Origin: Amphiscolops sp. MND2022
Taxonomy: Eukaryota
Length of the DNA: 64,000 bases
NCBI GenBank assembly: GCA_964187785.1
Contig: OZ076409.1
Coordinates: forward strand, 7,814,001-7,878,000
Direction of reading: 5' to 3'
The position numbers were made by a program, and so were the translations under genes. This document shows, piece by piece, positions 35,438 through 47,516 of this stretch (position 1 is its first letter; every line of letters starts with the position of its first letter). The notes beneath the pieces are model-generated. The model had not been told where the DNA came from, searched no databases, and saw only the letters and a program-made list of their open reading frames with translations.

Positions 35438-37738
35438 ACTCTTCTACAGATAATACAAAACTCTTAATTTTTCTTCTCTGGTACACTCTATGATACATCT
35501 TTGACACAATATCAAAGGTATTTAGATTTTTACCCACTTATTCGAAGTAATATCTTGCTTTCTGAATGAAATCTCAGGACTATCTTTAAAGTACATACTT
35601 CTTTCCTATAGTACATGTTAAAAATAACTATTAATGTCCAAAAACTACACATAAAACAATGATACAAGACATACATGACAATATATCACAAAACTATATA
35701 TCATACATTTTAGCACCTTTTATATATGGTACTTCTCTTTTATTGTCGTTGTTAGATTTCTTACACTCCGTGTGTTTTAGAAACATCCATTCTTCTTCCT
35801 CCTCCTTCCATACTCTTTCAGAACATCTCCACTTCTTCTTCTTCTTCTTCTTCTTCTTCTACAGCACACTCTCGTCATGGCCCCCAACGCTGAAGTAGAA
35901 GATATAATCACTATGACTTCCAGTCAATCAAAAGTACACAGCCTCAAAGCCGCCATTTTTCATACAATGGCTTATAAACTCTCTCTTGAAATCAACAAGA
36001 ATAAAATCACCCCCAAAACGATTATTGCTTTTCTCAAAGTTCTCTACAATGTTGCCCAGATCAAGACGAAAAAATTACTTTCCACCAGTACCTCGCATTC
36101 ATTTGGCTGGCCCAAAAATCGCCATTTGTGAAATCGCCATCAAATGCTGTCTTCGTTTTGAATTCTGCGTTTACATCGAAAGATCAATATTTCCAAACTG
36201 CCATACAAGAAGCAATCCTAGCCTTCAATAACGTTCTCAAAGATTTTGGGTACACCCAAACCCTTGAATATTATGACCCTAACATGCATCAAGCACATCC
36301 TCCGTCGCAACATCCTCTGTTTCAATAATCTACAAAAACTTCTACTCACTTTTCTTTTACTATTCCACTGCATTTCGTCGTCATTCCTTCATCTTTCTTC
36401 GATGATGCACCGAAATGTGGTTGCTGATCACTCCTCCAAAGAACTTCTCCTACACATGCTGACATTCTTCACTACACCCACACACGATGGTCAACATCAT
36501 CCATCCACACTCTGGGTTCGCAGACGTTGCCAACATTCTTCTTGTCCTCGTCACTGGTCTTCTCAACCTGCCTCTTCACTGGTCTTTCTCTGTGACAGTC
36601 ACTACTCCGTTGATTTCTTGACTGGTCTTCACACTCCAATGTCCGTGGACTTCTTGACTGGTCTTCACACTCCAATGGACTACACTCTTCTCCAAATTTC
36701 AAACAATGTGATTCAAGTTGACTCAGTTTTCAAACTGAATTATACAGTCAATTTTACCTAATATAACTTGTAGCTTATTGTAAACTTTTTTTGATCAAAT
36801 TATAACTCCAATACAGTGTAGTGCTATGTACTCTTATATAAACTTAATCTTCTATAATCGTATTATAATTACCCCCTCTGTAGCTAAATCTTTACAAAAT
36901 TGCATCTATGATTATCTTTGTAACCGCAAAATATATCTTCTCAAATTATATCTCCATTTTCATGTGCATAATATATCTATTTAACAATTCTATAATCCAC
37001 ATCTTTTACAGAACACAAGTCCTACCTACAGTACAAGAAATTTTCTAAGATTTTTGGACAAAAATTTTTCTTTTACAAAACATGTTCTACACCTTTGTTT
37101 TACTTCCCAAAAGCATCCCCAAAAATTTTCAAAATTTTTTTTTAACTTTTCAAAACTCTAACTTCTCGTTTTCCAATGTTTGAAACTTGCAATTGACAGA
37201 GTTATTTTCTTGAACTTTTGGCTTCTGCTCTACTCTTCACTTTCGTTGAAAATGAACTCTCACTAGAACTTTGACTTTTAGAAACTTCTTCACTTTTGGT
37301 TCACATACCCGCCAATGTTGGTTCACAACTCATTGACAACTTCACGCTTTAATTCTTCAACTTGAAAAGTTTTCAATGCTGACTAACTCATGTTGTTGAA
37401 AACTTTTTTTTCAAACAAGCCGATGGCTGATACGAAAAGAAACATGAAATACTGAATAGTTGTCAACAATAACTTGACCGAAAACTGTCAGTCAAAGAAA
37501 CTGAAAAAACTTGAACCTTTTTGCACCAATTGAATCGTCTATGACGAAAGAAGTCAAATCTTCTTAGGTTGTTCTCACTCCTTTTGGAAGTATGGTACAC
37601 TACAGAACGAAACTCATGCAACTCAAGTACAACACATATGAAACAAACCCATGCATATAACATCTAAAACACAAACTTTTAGAACTCCTCAAACCCAAAG
37701 TGCATATATGTAATTTTAATTTTAAATTCCCGGTTGAT

Positions 37739-38150
37739 TGTGATGCCATGATGCATGTCCTCAAAGATTCTACAAATCTGAAATACTCTGAACTCTTAAC
37801 CAAAGTAATTAGTAAATGTAATCTCATTTGAAAGCTAATTATTCTAGAAGAAACTTCATTTAATATATCCTGTAACAAGCTTCTTAGATTCATCCTGTTG
37901 CTGTCACATTTTTAATTGATGAAACCTACCCTAGTTAAAAGAATATATCTACTCGGAGAAATTGAGAATTCATCCTGACGATCGGTTTTCTCTCCAGCAC
38001 TTCAAGAACTGAGATCTCAGAAATAGATTGTACTTAGAACTAGCTAGCTATAAGGTAAAAGTAAGACGACCCCGCTGTTAAAATCTTAGACTTCTTATGT
38101 CTGTAATAAAACATCTAAAAGAAACAACCACCACTCTTTTTAACAGCTCA
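37739..38150 (+). repeat. 3' LTR of element 2
   Basis: 412 bp, about 99% identical to 20397..20808. Confidence 0.95.
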
Positions 38151-38530
38151 GTACCGAAGAAAAAACCAAAAAGGGACCCGTTTGTAACATTCAAAAAGTC
38201 TCCGAAAATCGTTATAACCGGTATATGTTATATCCGGAATTCATTTTTTTCCGGTTTGTGCTAAATCTGGTATGGGTTGTGTTATTGTCGAAGGCGACTC
38301 CGCAGCACTTTTTAAAGCTTACAGAAAATTTCTCTAGGAACGTGATATCCGGTATACGCAACAGCTTATAAAGCTTATAAAATCAGTCACTTCGTTGGTC
38401 TTAAAAAGCCATCGCTATAGTCTGCGTTTTCTACGAAAAGCGCCGACTAAAAGTAGAGTTGAAAGAAAAGTTAGGACTTCCTTTCCTTGTCGGAAGTAGC
38501 GTGTTCAACGAACTTTGAGGTGCTGAATGA

Positions 38531-38907
38531 GACTCTTTTCTGTTTCCCACCACCACCAAAACTTTTGAAAGTATATTTCCTCAAAAATTTCTGATTAGCC
38601 TAATTAAACTAAAACCTTTTTTCACAACGTCTATTAGAATAGCTTTCGCTTGAACAAATCACGCATTTTGACTGATTTTGTTCGACTGATTTTTGTGACT
38701 CAAAACAGGAAGTTGTTTAATTGTTCACGAATGCGTGACTTCATGAGCAAAAATATTGTGAACAAAGTTTATATATCAATTGTCAACTGTCACCCTGGAG
38801 TTAAATATAAAATGGAAGGTTTCTGGTTTGTATTCGAATCTTTTTGTTTTACCATTTTCACAAATTTTGCAAAAAAATTGATCGTGAGGGGAAAGCAGAA
38901 AAAAGCC
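38531..38907. mobile_element. Decayed MITE, same family as 44983..45409
   Basis: Shares CTCTTTTCTGT..CCACCACCAAAA and internal sequence with that copy. Confidence 0.55.
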
Positions 38908-38949
38908 GAATCAGATTCCATTATTACTTGCCGGCTGGCTAAACAATAA

Positions 38950-39318
38950 AAAGTTAATTTCCCCATTACCGCGGGGTGGACGCTGAATAAGCAGTTCTGC
39001 TTTTCTAAGTGGGCGCCTTTTCGGATACTATCTCCCCATAGCAAGCAATGGTACAATATTTGCAGCCAAGTGGTCAAGTAATGGTGGACTTGAAGCAGTG
39101 GTTTCAAGGTGACTTGCTCAAGGTCACAAAGGTCTGACTGCTCAACTGCTTTGTTTTGCTTTTCTCCGCCAAATGCGTTATTTCTTGTCATTGACCATAC
39201 CACTAAGCTAGGGATGAAGGACCTGCTTAAGGACCAACAATGGTGAGTTGAGAGAGATTCGAACCTGATACCGCCCCAGTACAGGCCGAATCCTCTAACC
39301 ACTACGCCATGCTCCCCC
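38950..39318 (-). mobile_element. tRNA-derived SINE-like element (3' end approximate)
   Basis: Minus strand has an A box TGGCGTAGTGG and a B box GGTTCGAATC but no complete cloverleaf. Confidence 0.55.
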
Positions 39319-39766
39319 TCACGCCATGCCCCCCCTCGTTTGTGTCGAAATCACAAGTTTGTGTCGAAATTGTATCTTCATTTCTCAAACCTTTCTAACT
39401 TTGAGGCGTGTTTTGCCTGCTATATGCCAAACGGAGAAGTTGTTCCGTTTGCTGAAATAGTGGCTACAAACTACTGTCTTCGAGCGCTTTAATTTTGAAG
39501 ATTAAGCTTTAGAAACGTAAATTTTCTAAATGATATGATGAGCCCTGACAAATTGGCAGGAAAAGTGATATTTTTACATTTCATCAACAGATTTCTACAC
39601 ATTATAAGAGCATAAAATCAAAATCTCAAAAATTTCTCAGCGCATCAAGTTTGGCTATGATTTGAAGGTTGAACCAATTAAAGTTTCAGTTTATATTTCA
39701 TGTCTGATTGGCATGATTGTCATAAATGTTGATTGGTTGCGATCAATGGATTTGATCAAAATTTCG

Positions 39767-42700
39767 TTACAAACTCTTGATTTTCAATTCATTCGTCATG
39801 TACACGTCATCAATGGCTAGTGTCCACCAAAAAAAGAAGGGCGTCGGAATTGTTGTAATGTGAAATAGAGAATGGGCGTCATAGACCCATCCAAAAGGGG
39901 GGTGCCACTCGAAGTATTTCGCAATAAGGGGTCCGACCACGACACTCCCAAAAACTAACAGGTAGTACCTGCTATGTGGCACCTTTTTGAAAGATAACAT
40001 CACCCATACCACCCAAAGAAGCAGCTCCACAATGACGATAATGGTGCAAACATGGTGATGCAAGGAATGGTCAAACTTTACGAACTCCATGTAAAAAACA
40101 TCGGCAACAAAGCAGCATAGAATCATTACAAGGGAAGAATAGCAGAAAGCGCGAAAGTGCACGTAAAAGTTGCGACATATGAACCAGAATAAAGGCACGA
40201 ATATGGTCAAAAAGGCACCGTAGTAATCCATCCGCTCGAAGATGGTGAGATCTCTGATATGGAACAAAGTTGAAGACACCCAAGTGAAGGAGTTGACCAA
40301 CATGATTGTTTTGTAGCACCACATGAAGGGCGAGGCTTGGTGACAGTGGTTCATCAGCCACCAGAACCCAACACACGTGCACGCGAAGGTTCCAAAAGAG
40401 GCCAGAGCTGAGGCTGGTTCCAGCATGCCCAGATATCTGGAGAAAAAAAACATTTTTTTAGCCACAAGATTTAAGACAAAGTTTCGTTCTGATAGCTGAT
40501 TTGTTTCCATTTGCATCATCTCATTCAATAGCACTTACTTCAAACGCAAAAAGAACACGCCGGGAATGGTACAAGTTGGTGTCCCGCTCAAGGCACAAAA
40601 GTTTACCCGGTGGACGTGGTTTTAGTATCATTTGTTGAATAAAGGTTTTTCGAGAATCCGAAAAAGTCTTTTAGTACTGAAAAGCTTACCCTAAAGCTTT
40701 ACATTGGACACAAATTATGTGAAATTTTGGAGAAAAAATCAATAACGTTATACAAGGAAAGAAAACGTTACATCCGAACTTCGGAAACGCTACATTCGAA
40801 CTTTGAAAACGTTTAATCCGGATTTAAGTTTTAGCCGGATCGTGTTAGATGTTATATGGAAAACTTTTTATTTAGCATTTTTTACAGCTTCGGAAAATTC
40901 TCCATGAAACGTTATGTCCTGTATACGTTATATCCGGAATTTGTTAGATCTGTTTTGCGTTAAATCCGGTATGGGTTGTATCGTTATATTCGGTATACGC
41001 TATATCGGGTTTTCGTTATATCCGGTTAGCGTTGAATCGGGTTTGCGACAAAAGAAACAAAGGGAACCATTTTTAACATTGAAAAGTCTCCAAGAAACGT
41101 TATATCCGGTATATGTTAAATCCGATTTGCGTGAAATCCGGCATGAATTTTGTTATTGTCGAAGGTTCTCCCTAACACTTTTTACAGGTTTGAAGAATTC
41201 TCGAAGATCTTGACAAGGGTACCATGGTTAACCATGATTTAGCAAGACGAACCATGATCATGGTAAGCGGCGTTCCAAGCGGCTCCGAACAGTTGGCAAT
41301 TAAATTACTGTAGACGACAGACAATGTTACCTTGTGAGTGGCCACCGGCCGTAGAATTTGGGCACGAGTTTGTTCTTGTGCAGGAAGAAGGAGGTGAAGT
41401 TCCACATGCACAGATGTCGGCACTCGTCGGCACAGTTCCAGCCGAACACGGCGTCCACACTGCGAGCCACGTCACTGCGCTCGGCCAGAGAGACCAGACA
41501 CTGCATCTCGCTGTCTTCACACACCGCCACACACGCTTTGAACAGGGGGTGCCGGTCCGCTGCAACATGCAGGTAACATGCAAAAACATCCATGTGCATG
41601 CAAGTTGTGAAAAATGTGCATGCGAGTTGTGAACCAAAACCGCATGTGCGGCAAAGGAATCGGAAACAGATAAAATATTGAACAACAAATTACAAACTTT
41701 GTTGACATTTGGTCAATTTTGGAATAAATTTGGCTATGTTTCTCAGATCCCAGTCATACGATTTAGATGTCATTGCACACGCAGGGGCACCTTTGGGTGT
41801 AGAATGACTGTGCTAAATTTTACAAAAATCGTATAGACAGTTTTTTTTAGAAATTTGAAACTTCATTGAAAAGTCGAGAGAGAAAGTACGATTGCATAAG
41901 TTTTCGACTCCTTAAAAAGGACATACAAGTTGGGAAAGTTGGGAAAATGTTTTTCATACCCTATAGGGTATACCCAATGCGAGTCCCGATAAAAATTTAT
42001 GCAAAATGGGAATGTTTTGTTCTGAGTCCATGAATTCATTCAAAATTGAAACAATGATATATCTACATTTTGTTTCTCCGTAAATGTGGGTTCTTCTTTG
42101 CAAAAGTGTTTTTTAGAGAGCATAACTTTGTATTGTCCTTCCAAATCAAATGTGAACCAACTTATGATATCTTGAAACAAGCCGGGAACGGCATAAGTCG
42201 GCGCCATATCTAAGGGGCAAAAATAGCAAAAGGACTTCAAAGTGTCAAGTATTCTCTTTTACAGTACCCGAAAAACACAAAAGTTGGACCGAACTGGCTC
42301 GCTAAAAAAGGGGACCTGTTCGGATTTTTCAACATTTCTGTTGCAGAACGTAAAAAAAATTAAAGGGGGACCCGTTGATGACATTGAAAAATTTTGATAA
42401 AAAGTCTCACAATACCAAAAAAATTGAAGGGGGACACTTTTGTGATTTTCTTCAAAAAAAGTCTCACAATGCCGAAAAAACTGGAAAAGGGGACCCTTTA
42501 GTTTCGCCCGGTATTGTATGTTGAGCTGAAAAAAAGGAACAATTATTTTGGTTAATTTCCTTTGGCCAAATGGTCCAATTTGACACCTTAAAGTTTCGTA
42601 GAACTTTTAAGAACTATTTTGGTCAGTTCGTGTTGATTGAAAAAAAAACAAAAAAGAGTCACTAGTATAATCGCGTTTCACTTCATGAAGCGCTGACTAA

Positions 42701-43010
42701 AAATCATTAGAAGCGAAAAGGGAATGAAACATAAATATTGGAAAACTAGTTTTGAAATTTCAAAGAAAGGATATAAATAGTTACACAAATAAATGAATTT
42801 TCCATTGAAATTATTATGCCAAAAGGTACATTGCCAAAATTGAAGAACTTTTGGTACAACTATTTTGGACAGTTCAGGTTATCAAAAAAACTGACGGAAA
42901 GTATAGTCGACTCTTTTCTTAAGAAAAGCGCCGACTGAAAACTAACCCCAGGACGATTGCGTCATTTCCAGGGTGGCGAAAAAGGTGGCAACACACAGTA
43001 GTACTTTCAT
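39767..43010 (-). CDS. PGAP3: Post-GPI attachment to proteins factor 3 (PER1/PGAP3), 3 exons, 320 aa
   Basis: Exons 43010-42947 (signal peptide MKVLLCVATFFATLEMTQSSW), 41559-41331 (DR..F..C...C, GWNCADECRHLCMW, PKFYGRWP) and 40436-39767 (EPAS, SSTLFHIRD, ERMDY, DAHSLFH). GT-AG introns with matching phases; 963 nt total. Confidence 0.92.
42176..42703 (-). mobile_element. HINE/Helentron-like non-autonomous element in PGAP3 intron 1
   Basis: Same terminal hairpin and subterminal inverted repeats as the other copies; an extra terminus at 42901-42941. Confidence 0.55.
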
Positions 43011-44308
43011 GGCGACTAATCTACTGCGGGAACTTTCTTCTGATCACAATTCTGTTTTAACAGAGCTTCTTCGGATTTCCAGCGTGCACAATAATTCTCA
43101 GTTGTCTGAAACTTGAATTGTGGTTCTGTTTTTTCTTGTCAATCAGCAGAAAGGTTTTCGGCGCTGAAACATGATTGAGTTGCAGTTTTTAATCGATAGA
43201 ATGGCTGCAAGATAAATGCACATGATAGAACCATTCATGCATAATACATGATGCTGTAAGAGAATAATAAAACTTGTGTGCAACGAAATCTTGATTGATA
43301 ATTAAACACATCGATCTGAAACTTCGTCTACTGTTTTCCGTCTGTTTAACAAAAACTATGGAGGTTTTCTTAAGCTCAGATTTAAACTGAGCTTCCATAG
43401 TGGAAACAGAAATAGTTACCATTGTAACTTGGTAACTTGCCCATGTTTCACAGAACATCACCAGCGGACTTGAATTGGTCGTTAAATTGTTCTCAATGAT
43501 CTCAAGATTTTATATACTTTGATTTTACAAAAATGGACAATAAACAGCGTACGGTATAGGGATAAATTTACATTCCAATATGTTGATGTCACTGTAAATA
43601 AAGAGAAACTTGCATCAAATTTCAGAATCCATTTCTATGGAAGTGGGAAACCGCAACGAAAGGAACAAAACAATACGTACGAGCTTATTGCCGAAGAAAT
43701 AGGCACCCAAGCAATTGAAGAAACCTCAAACCTGAAAGCTTGATACGTCATCATTGAACAATGGCGAGATTTGGCAAAAGAAACAGGTATTTTAAGCTAG
43801 ATATCTAGGGGGTTTTATTCTTCTGTTGAACTAAATCCACATTCAGTTCGATACGCGATGGATTGTGTTACATCGAAAGGATAAAACATTGGCGTTTAAG
43901 TTCTATTTTTGCAAGAAACTGATATCTTTCTGAGGGAAAAATAATCTCTGCACCTGTTCATTATTGGTTGGTCATTTAAATCCCAGTTCTTAAGTAGTTC
44001 ACACATCTGCTTTTTATTCAGCAGTCATCTACGTACCTTCCAAATAAGGAGAACCTTTGTTTATAGCAGCGAGCCATGTTTCATGATTTTGAACTTATTC
44101 GGTTGGAATGATGGGATGTTTAGAATGAGATGACTGTCCATTTATATCCAAGTAAGTTTATCTTGGATTTGTTTGATTTCAGTGTTCCTCCTTAGATCTT
44201 GGGTGCCAAAATTATTTTAAAACATGTCTAAAAAGCAATATCATTCACGAAATTAGTGCAAAAGAAGTTAGTATTTCGGACTGGCAAAATTCATTTTTGA
44301 AACCCTCG

Positions 44309-44803
44309 TTTTTAGTCGGCACTTTTCGTAGAAAACGCAGATTATAGCACTGGCTTTTTTCTACATCAACGAAGTGACAGATTTTATAAGCTTTAAAAGC
44401 TGGCTTCCACTAACTGCCACACTAAACTGCTACTTCAACTGCCACTTGGCATAGAGGTTAATTAGGATTTTTTGAGGTCTGCCAAGCAGAAGGACGTGGG
44501 TTCGAGTCTCGCCCTTGACCAAAATTTTTTTATGCGTATTATTTCGGCTTTGTGAAACTTTTTCCCGCAAATTTTTTGTAAATGTCTCCAAAGGGTCCCC
44601 CTCCACTTTTTTCTCTTTTGCAACAGAATGGACGTTCAATTTACATTTTTCGGCACTGTGCGACTTACCGGAGACTTCAAAAAAAATTAGGAAAATTTTT
44701 TCCTCATTCGGGTACTGTACAAGAGAATACTTGACACTTTGAAGTCATTTTGCTACTTTTGAGCCTTAGATATGGCGCCGACTTGGGCCGTTCCCGGCTT
44801 GTT
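44309..44803 (+). mobile_element. HINE/Helentron-like non-autonomous element
   Basis: TTTTTAGTCGGCAC ... GGCGCCGACT-TGG-GCCGTTCCCGGC-TTGTT: T run, subterminal inverted repeats and a terminal stem-loop. Confidence 0.6.
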
Positions 44804-44982
44804 CATTTCTATAGTAGTGTTAACACCAGTGAAAACAATGCTCCAACTCGGTTTCAAACTTGAGTTTTGACTGCACGTTTCAATTGAAATAGTTTTAAAA
44901 GATTTTCCATGACTAATTCAACTCTCAAGGTTATCGATGGATCTTTCACATGTTCTCCAAATTTGGTTGAAAAATTAAAAAA

Positions 44983-45409
44983 GGGCTCTTTTCTGTCCCC
45001 CCCCCCCCCACCACCAAAATTTTTGAAAATAACTTTCCTTGAAAACTTTAGACTAGCCTAATTAAAAGTAAAACCTTCTTTCATAACAGGAAGTTAACTT
45101 CTATTGAAGTAGTTTTCCGCTTGAACAAAACATTGTTCACACATTTTGACTATAATTATTTTCGTATTTAGTGTTTATTGATGACTCAAAACAGGAAGCT
45201 GTTGATTTTTTCATCAAAAATGCGTGACTACTTAAGGAAAAAGTGTGAACAAAGTTTGTATCTGAATCCTAAACTATCACCCTGAGAATAAATTTAAAAC
45301 TGAAGCTTTCTAGTTTGTATTCAAGTCGATTTTTTATAAGATTTTGAAATTTTCCAAAAAAAAATTTGGTGGTGGTGGTGGTGGTGGGGGGATTAACAGA
45401 AAAGAGCCC
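44983..45409. mobile_element. MITE
   Basis: TIRs GGGCTCTTTTCTGT / ACAGAAAAGAGCCC, with CCACCACC / GGTGGTGG subterminal repeats. Confidence 0.7.
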
Positions 45410-47301
45410 AAAAATGTCTTCATTGATAGTTGTTCGTGTAAATTTGTGAGAGGCTCACAAAACAGTGTGAGAGTATGGATTGAAACAATTTCATCAAAGA
45501 AACTAAGCTAGGCATCGCCTCGGTCGTGTTCTTTTTTCAGAAAGATCCCGCCAATTCTAACTTTTCCTAAGAAGTGAAAAAGCCTGTCATAGCCGGCTGA
45601 ACTTCTCAATTGATAAAGATGAAAATATCATATGCACCCAAATTTCGAAAGACGATGTGGTAAAATAGAACTTAGTTAAACTCAAATTGAGTATCGGTTG
45701 TTTATCAAGAACGGATTTCCTCTAATAACAGCCGACCCATTAACACCTCAGGACTAGTTGAACATTTTTCACACTAAAGTCATCAAAATTCGGTGTTTGA
45801 TTGTTGTGAACGTAACAAGAGTTCAGATTCCTACCCTGACTTTCACACCCATGAAATTTTGTCAAACGCTGTTCATATATACCTCCATCCGAAGCACAAA
45901 GCAGCAGACGCCGCTTTGCTGAAAAAGGTGTTCATCAAATACGTACGCGTCTTGAAAAAGAAACTTTGTCGTTCATTCGCCAACACAAAATGAGCTTGTA
46001 AGTTCTCATCTAAAAGAAACCGATAAACTGGCGCCGAGCAAAAAGAAACCGCTGGATAAAAGTTTAAGAATTTTCAACCCGTTGCCGTTTTCCGTTTTGC
46101 TAGGGAGGGTGAATCGTTTTTTTTTTGGTTTTATGAAACAAGAGATTCGATTAAGACTTTGCATTCACTCCACAGGGGTTATGAGAAAAATTGAGTTTCG
46201 TACCCGTACATTCAGTTCATTTGACCGATCAACCATTTCCCCATTTTTTTAAAAAAAAGTCTTCTTTCGCATCTTCATCTGTTCAACTTGGACTTTCTAG
46301 TGTTCTCGGTTTGCAAATAAGACCTCGAACGTTCAAACTCCATCAGAGACTTTTCTTGTTGCCATGCAAATAGCCTCCTAAGCAGCGGATCCCAAATTGT
46401 CGAATATTCAAAGTGTCGAAATTTTACAAGCTATTCATCGCACTGAAAACAGTAATCAACTTTTTTGATTGGTTGAAAATTGAAAACGGAATGAATACAT
46501 TTAAATTGGTTGAATTTGTGTGCTACACTGCGGCGAACTGTAAGTTATGTAACGATCACCTGCCGAGCCAAAAAATTTTGAAAATTTCGTTCAAGGGACT
46601 AGATTTTCGCCGTCCCCAGTGCTGGAATGGTAATATTACGCAAAGGGATACCGTGTCTTTACCAAAAGACCTGCCAGAAGAATTAAAGAGGCCCAGAGCG
46701 AAAAAGAGACCCACAGAACAAGAAGATAGCAAGAAATTACGGCCATTGTCAGAAAAAAGACTCAATTTCTGGCGATGCCGTGACGGACTGAACTCAATTC
46801 TAACCGGCATTTCAATCAGCTAATCGCCACATAATGCTATAATTACCTACAATGAGTCAGTTGGATTAAACAAGCATCCGTGCTTGTGTCCCCAACTAAT
46901 TATTGCCAAATGGTGATAATTGTGCGGTAAATCGTTTGTTTTATTGCTGTATTAGCTCGTGAGCTACTAATCTTCGATATACCTTGTAACAACGAGAAAA
47001 CAGAATTTTCCTTTTCCACCACCTCTATTTGTTCAAAAGCTAAGTGATGGTTTCGAGAAAGAAATTCTCGCTACTGACAGCAAAGACTGGATCAGGCCGG
47101 CGAGCACTTCACAAGAAGCGGAATCCTCCTCAGACGGGACAGTTTTTACCCGAAGGAGTCAAAATGAGATCATGGTTATGGGCGCCTGTCCCGGGCAAAT
47201 ACCCATGCCATGCGTTCCTCCAACTCTATTTCCCACAGCGACAATGGTGAGAGCTTGTCGTTACAAACCTAATTACGATAATAATTTATTTCCTAATTTT
47301 G

Positions 47302-47516
47302 ATAATGAAATCAGTTATATTCATATACCCCTAGTGCCCTAAATGCAGGAGCGAAGCGACGTGCCACTACGAGTCGAGCGGTTGGTTTTGACGCGCCACT
47401 CCAGGTCGGCCTTCGCCAAAACCAGATGCTGGTCAAGTAATGGCACTTTGCTCCAATTCGCTTCGCTCCTGCATTTAGGGCACTAGGGGTATGTGAGCAT
47501 AATTGATTTCATTATT
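47302..47516. mobile_element. Short fold-back element
   Basis: Inverted arms including ATACCCCTAGTGCCCTAAATGCAGGAGCGAAGCGA; one arm recurs at about 49008-49078. Confidence 0.7.

Larger units (their letters stand above)
20397..38150 (+). mobile_element. Element 2: env-bearing Gypsy LTR retrotransposon, 17754 bp, defective
   Basis: 412-bp TG..CA LTRs, 4-bp TSD GTAC (20393-20396 and 38151-38154), PBS, gag-pol, env-like ORF. Confidence 0.95.
20194..38452 (-). mobile_element. Non-autonomous Helentron-like (HINE/DINE-1-type) element split by the insertion of element 2 (pieces 20194-20396 and 38151-38452)
   Basis: Hairpin GCCGGGAACGGC plus subterminal AGTCGGCGC at one end, GCGCCGACTAAAA at the other; same ends as the copies at 42176-42703 and 44309-44803. 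Confidence 0.55.

Noticed and set aside
36605..36677. 36-bp tandem duplication, and (TTC)n at about 35833-35859
   Set aside because: Ordinary local slippage duplications.
39240..39318. tRNA gene
   Set aside because: A and B boxes are present but there is no acceptor stem or cloverleaf; better explained as a SINE head.
40437..40534. N-terminus of the 255-aa ORF as the PGAP3 start
   Set aside because: It is intronic; a splice acceptor at 40437-40438 joins upstream exons encoding the conserved N-terminus.
45793..47250. Short ORFs that might be exons or transposase remnants
   Set aside because: No recognisable motif or consistent splice structure.
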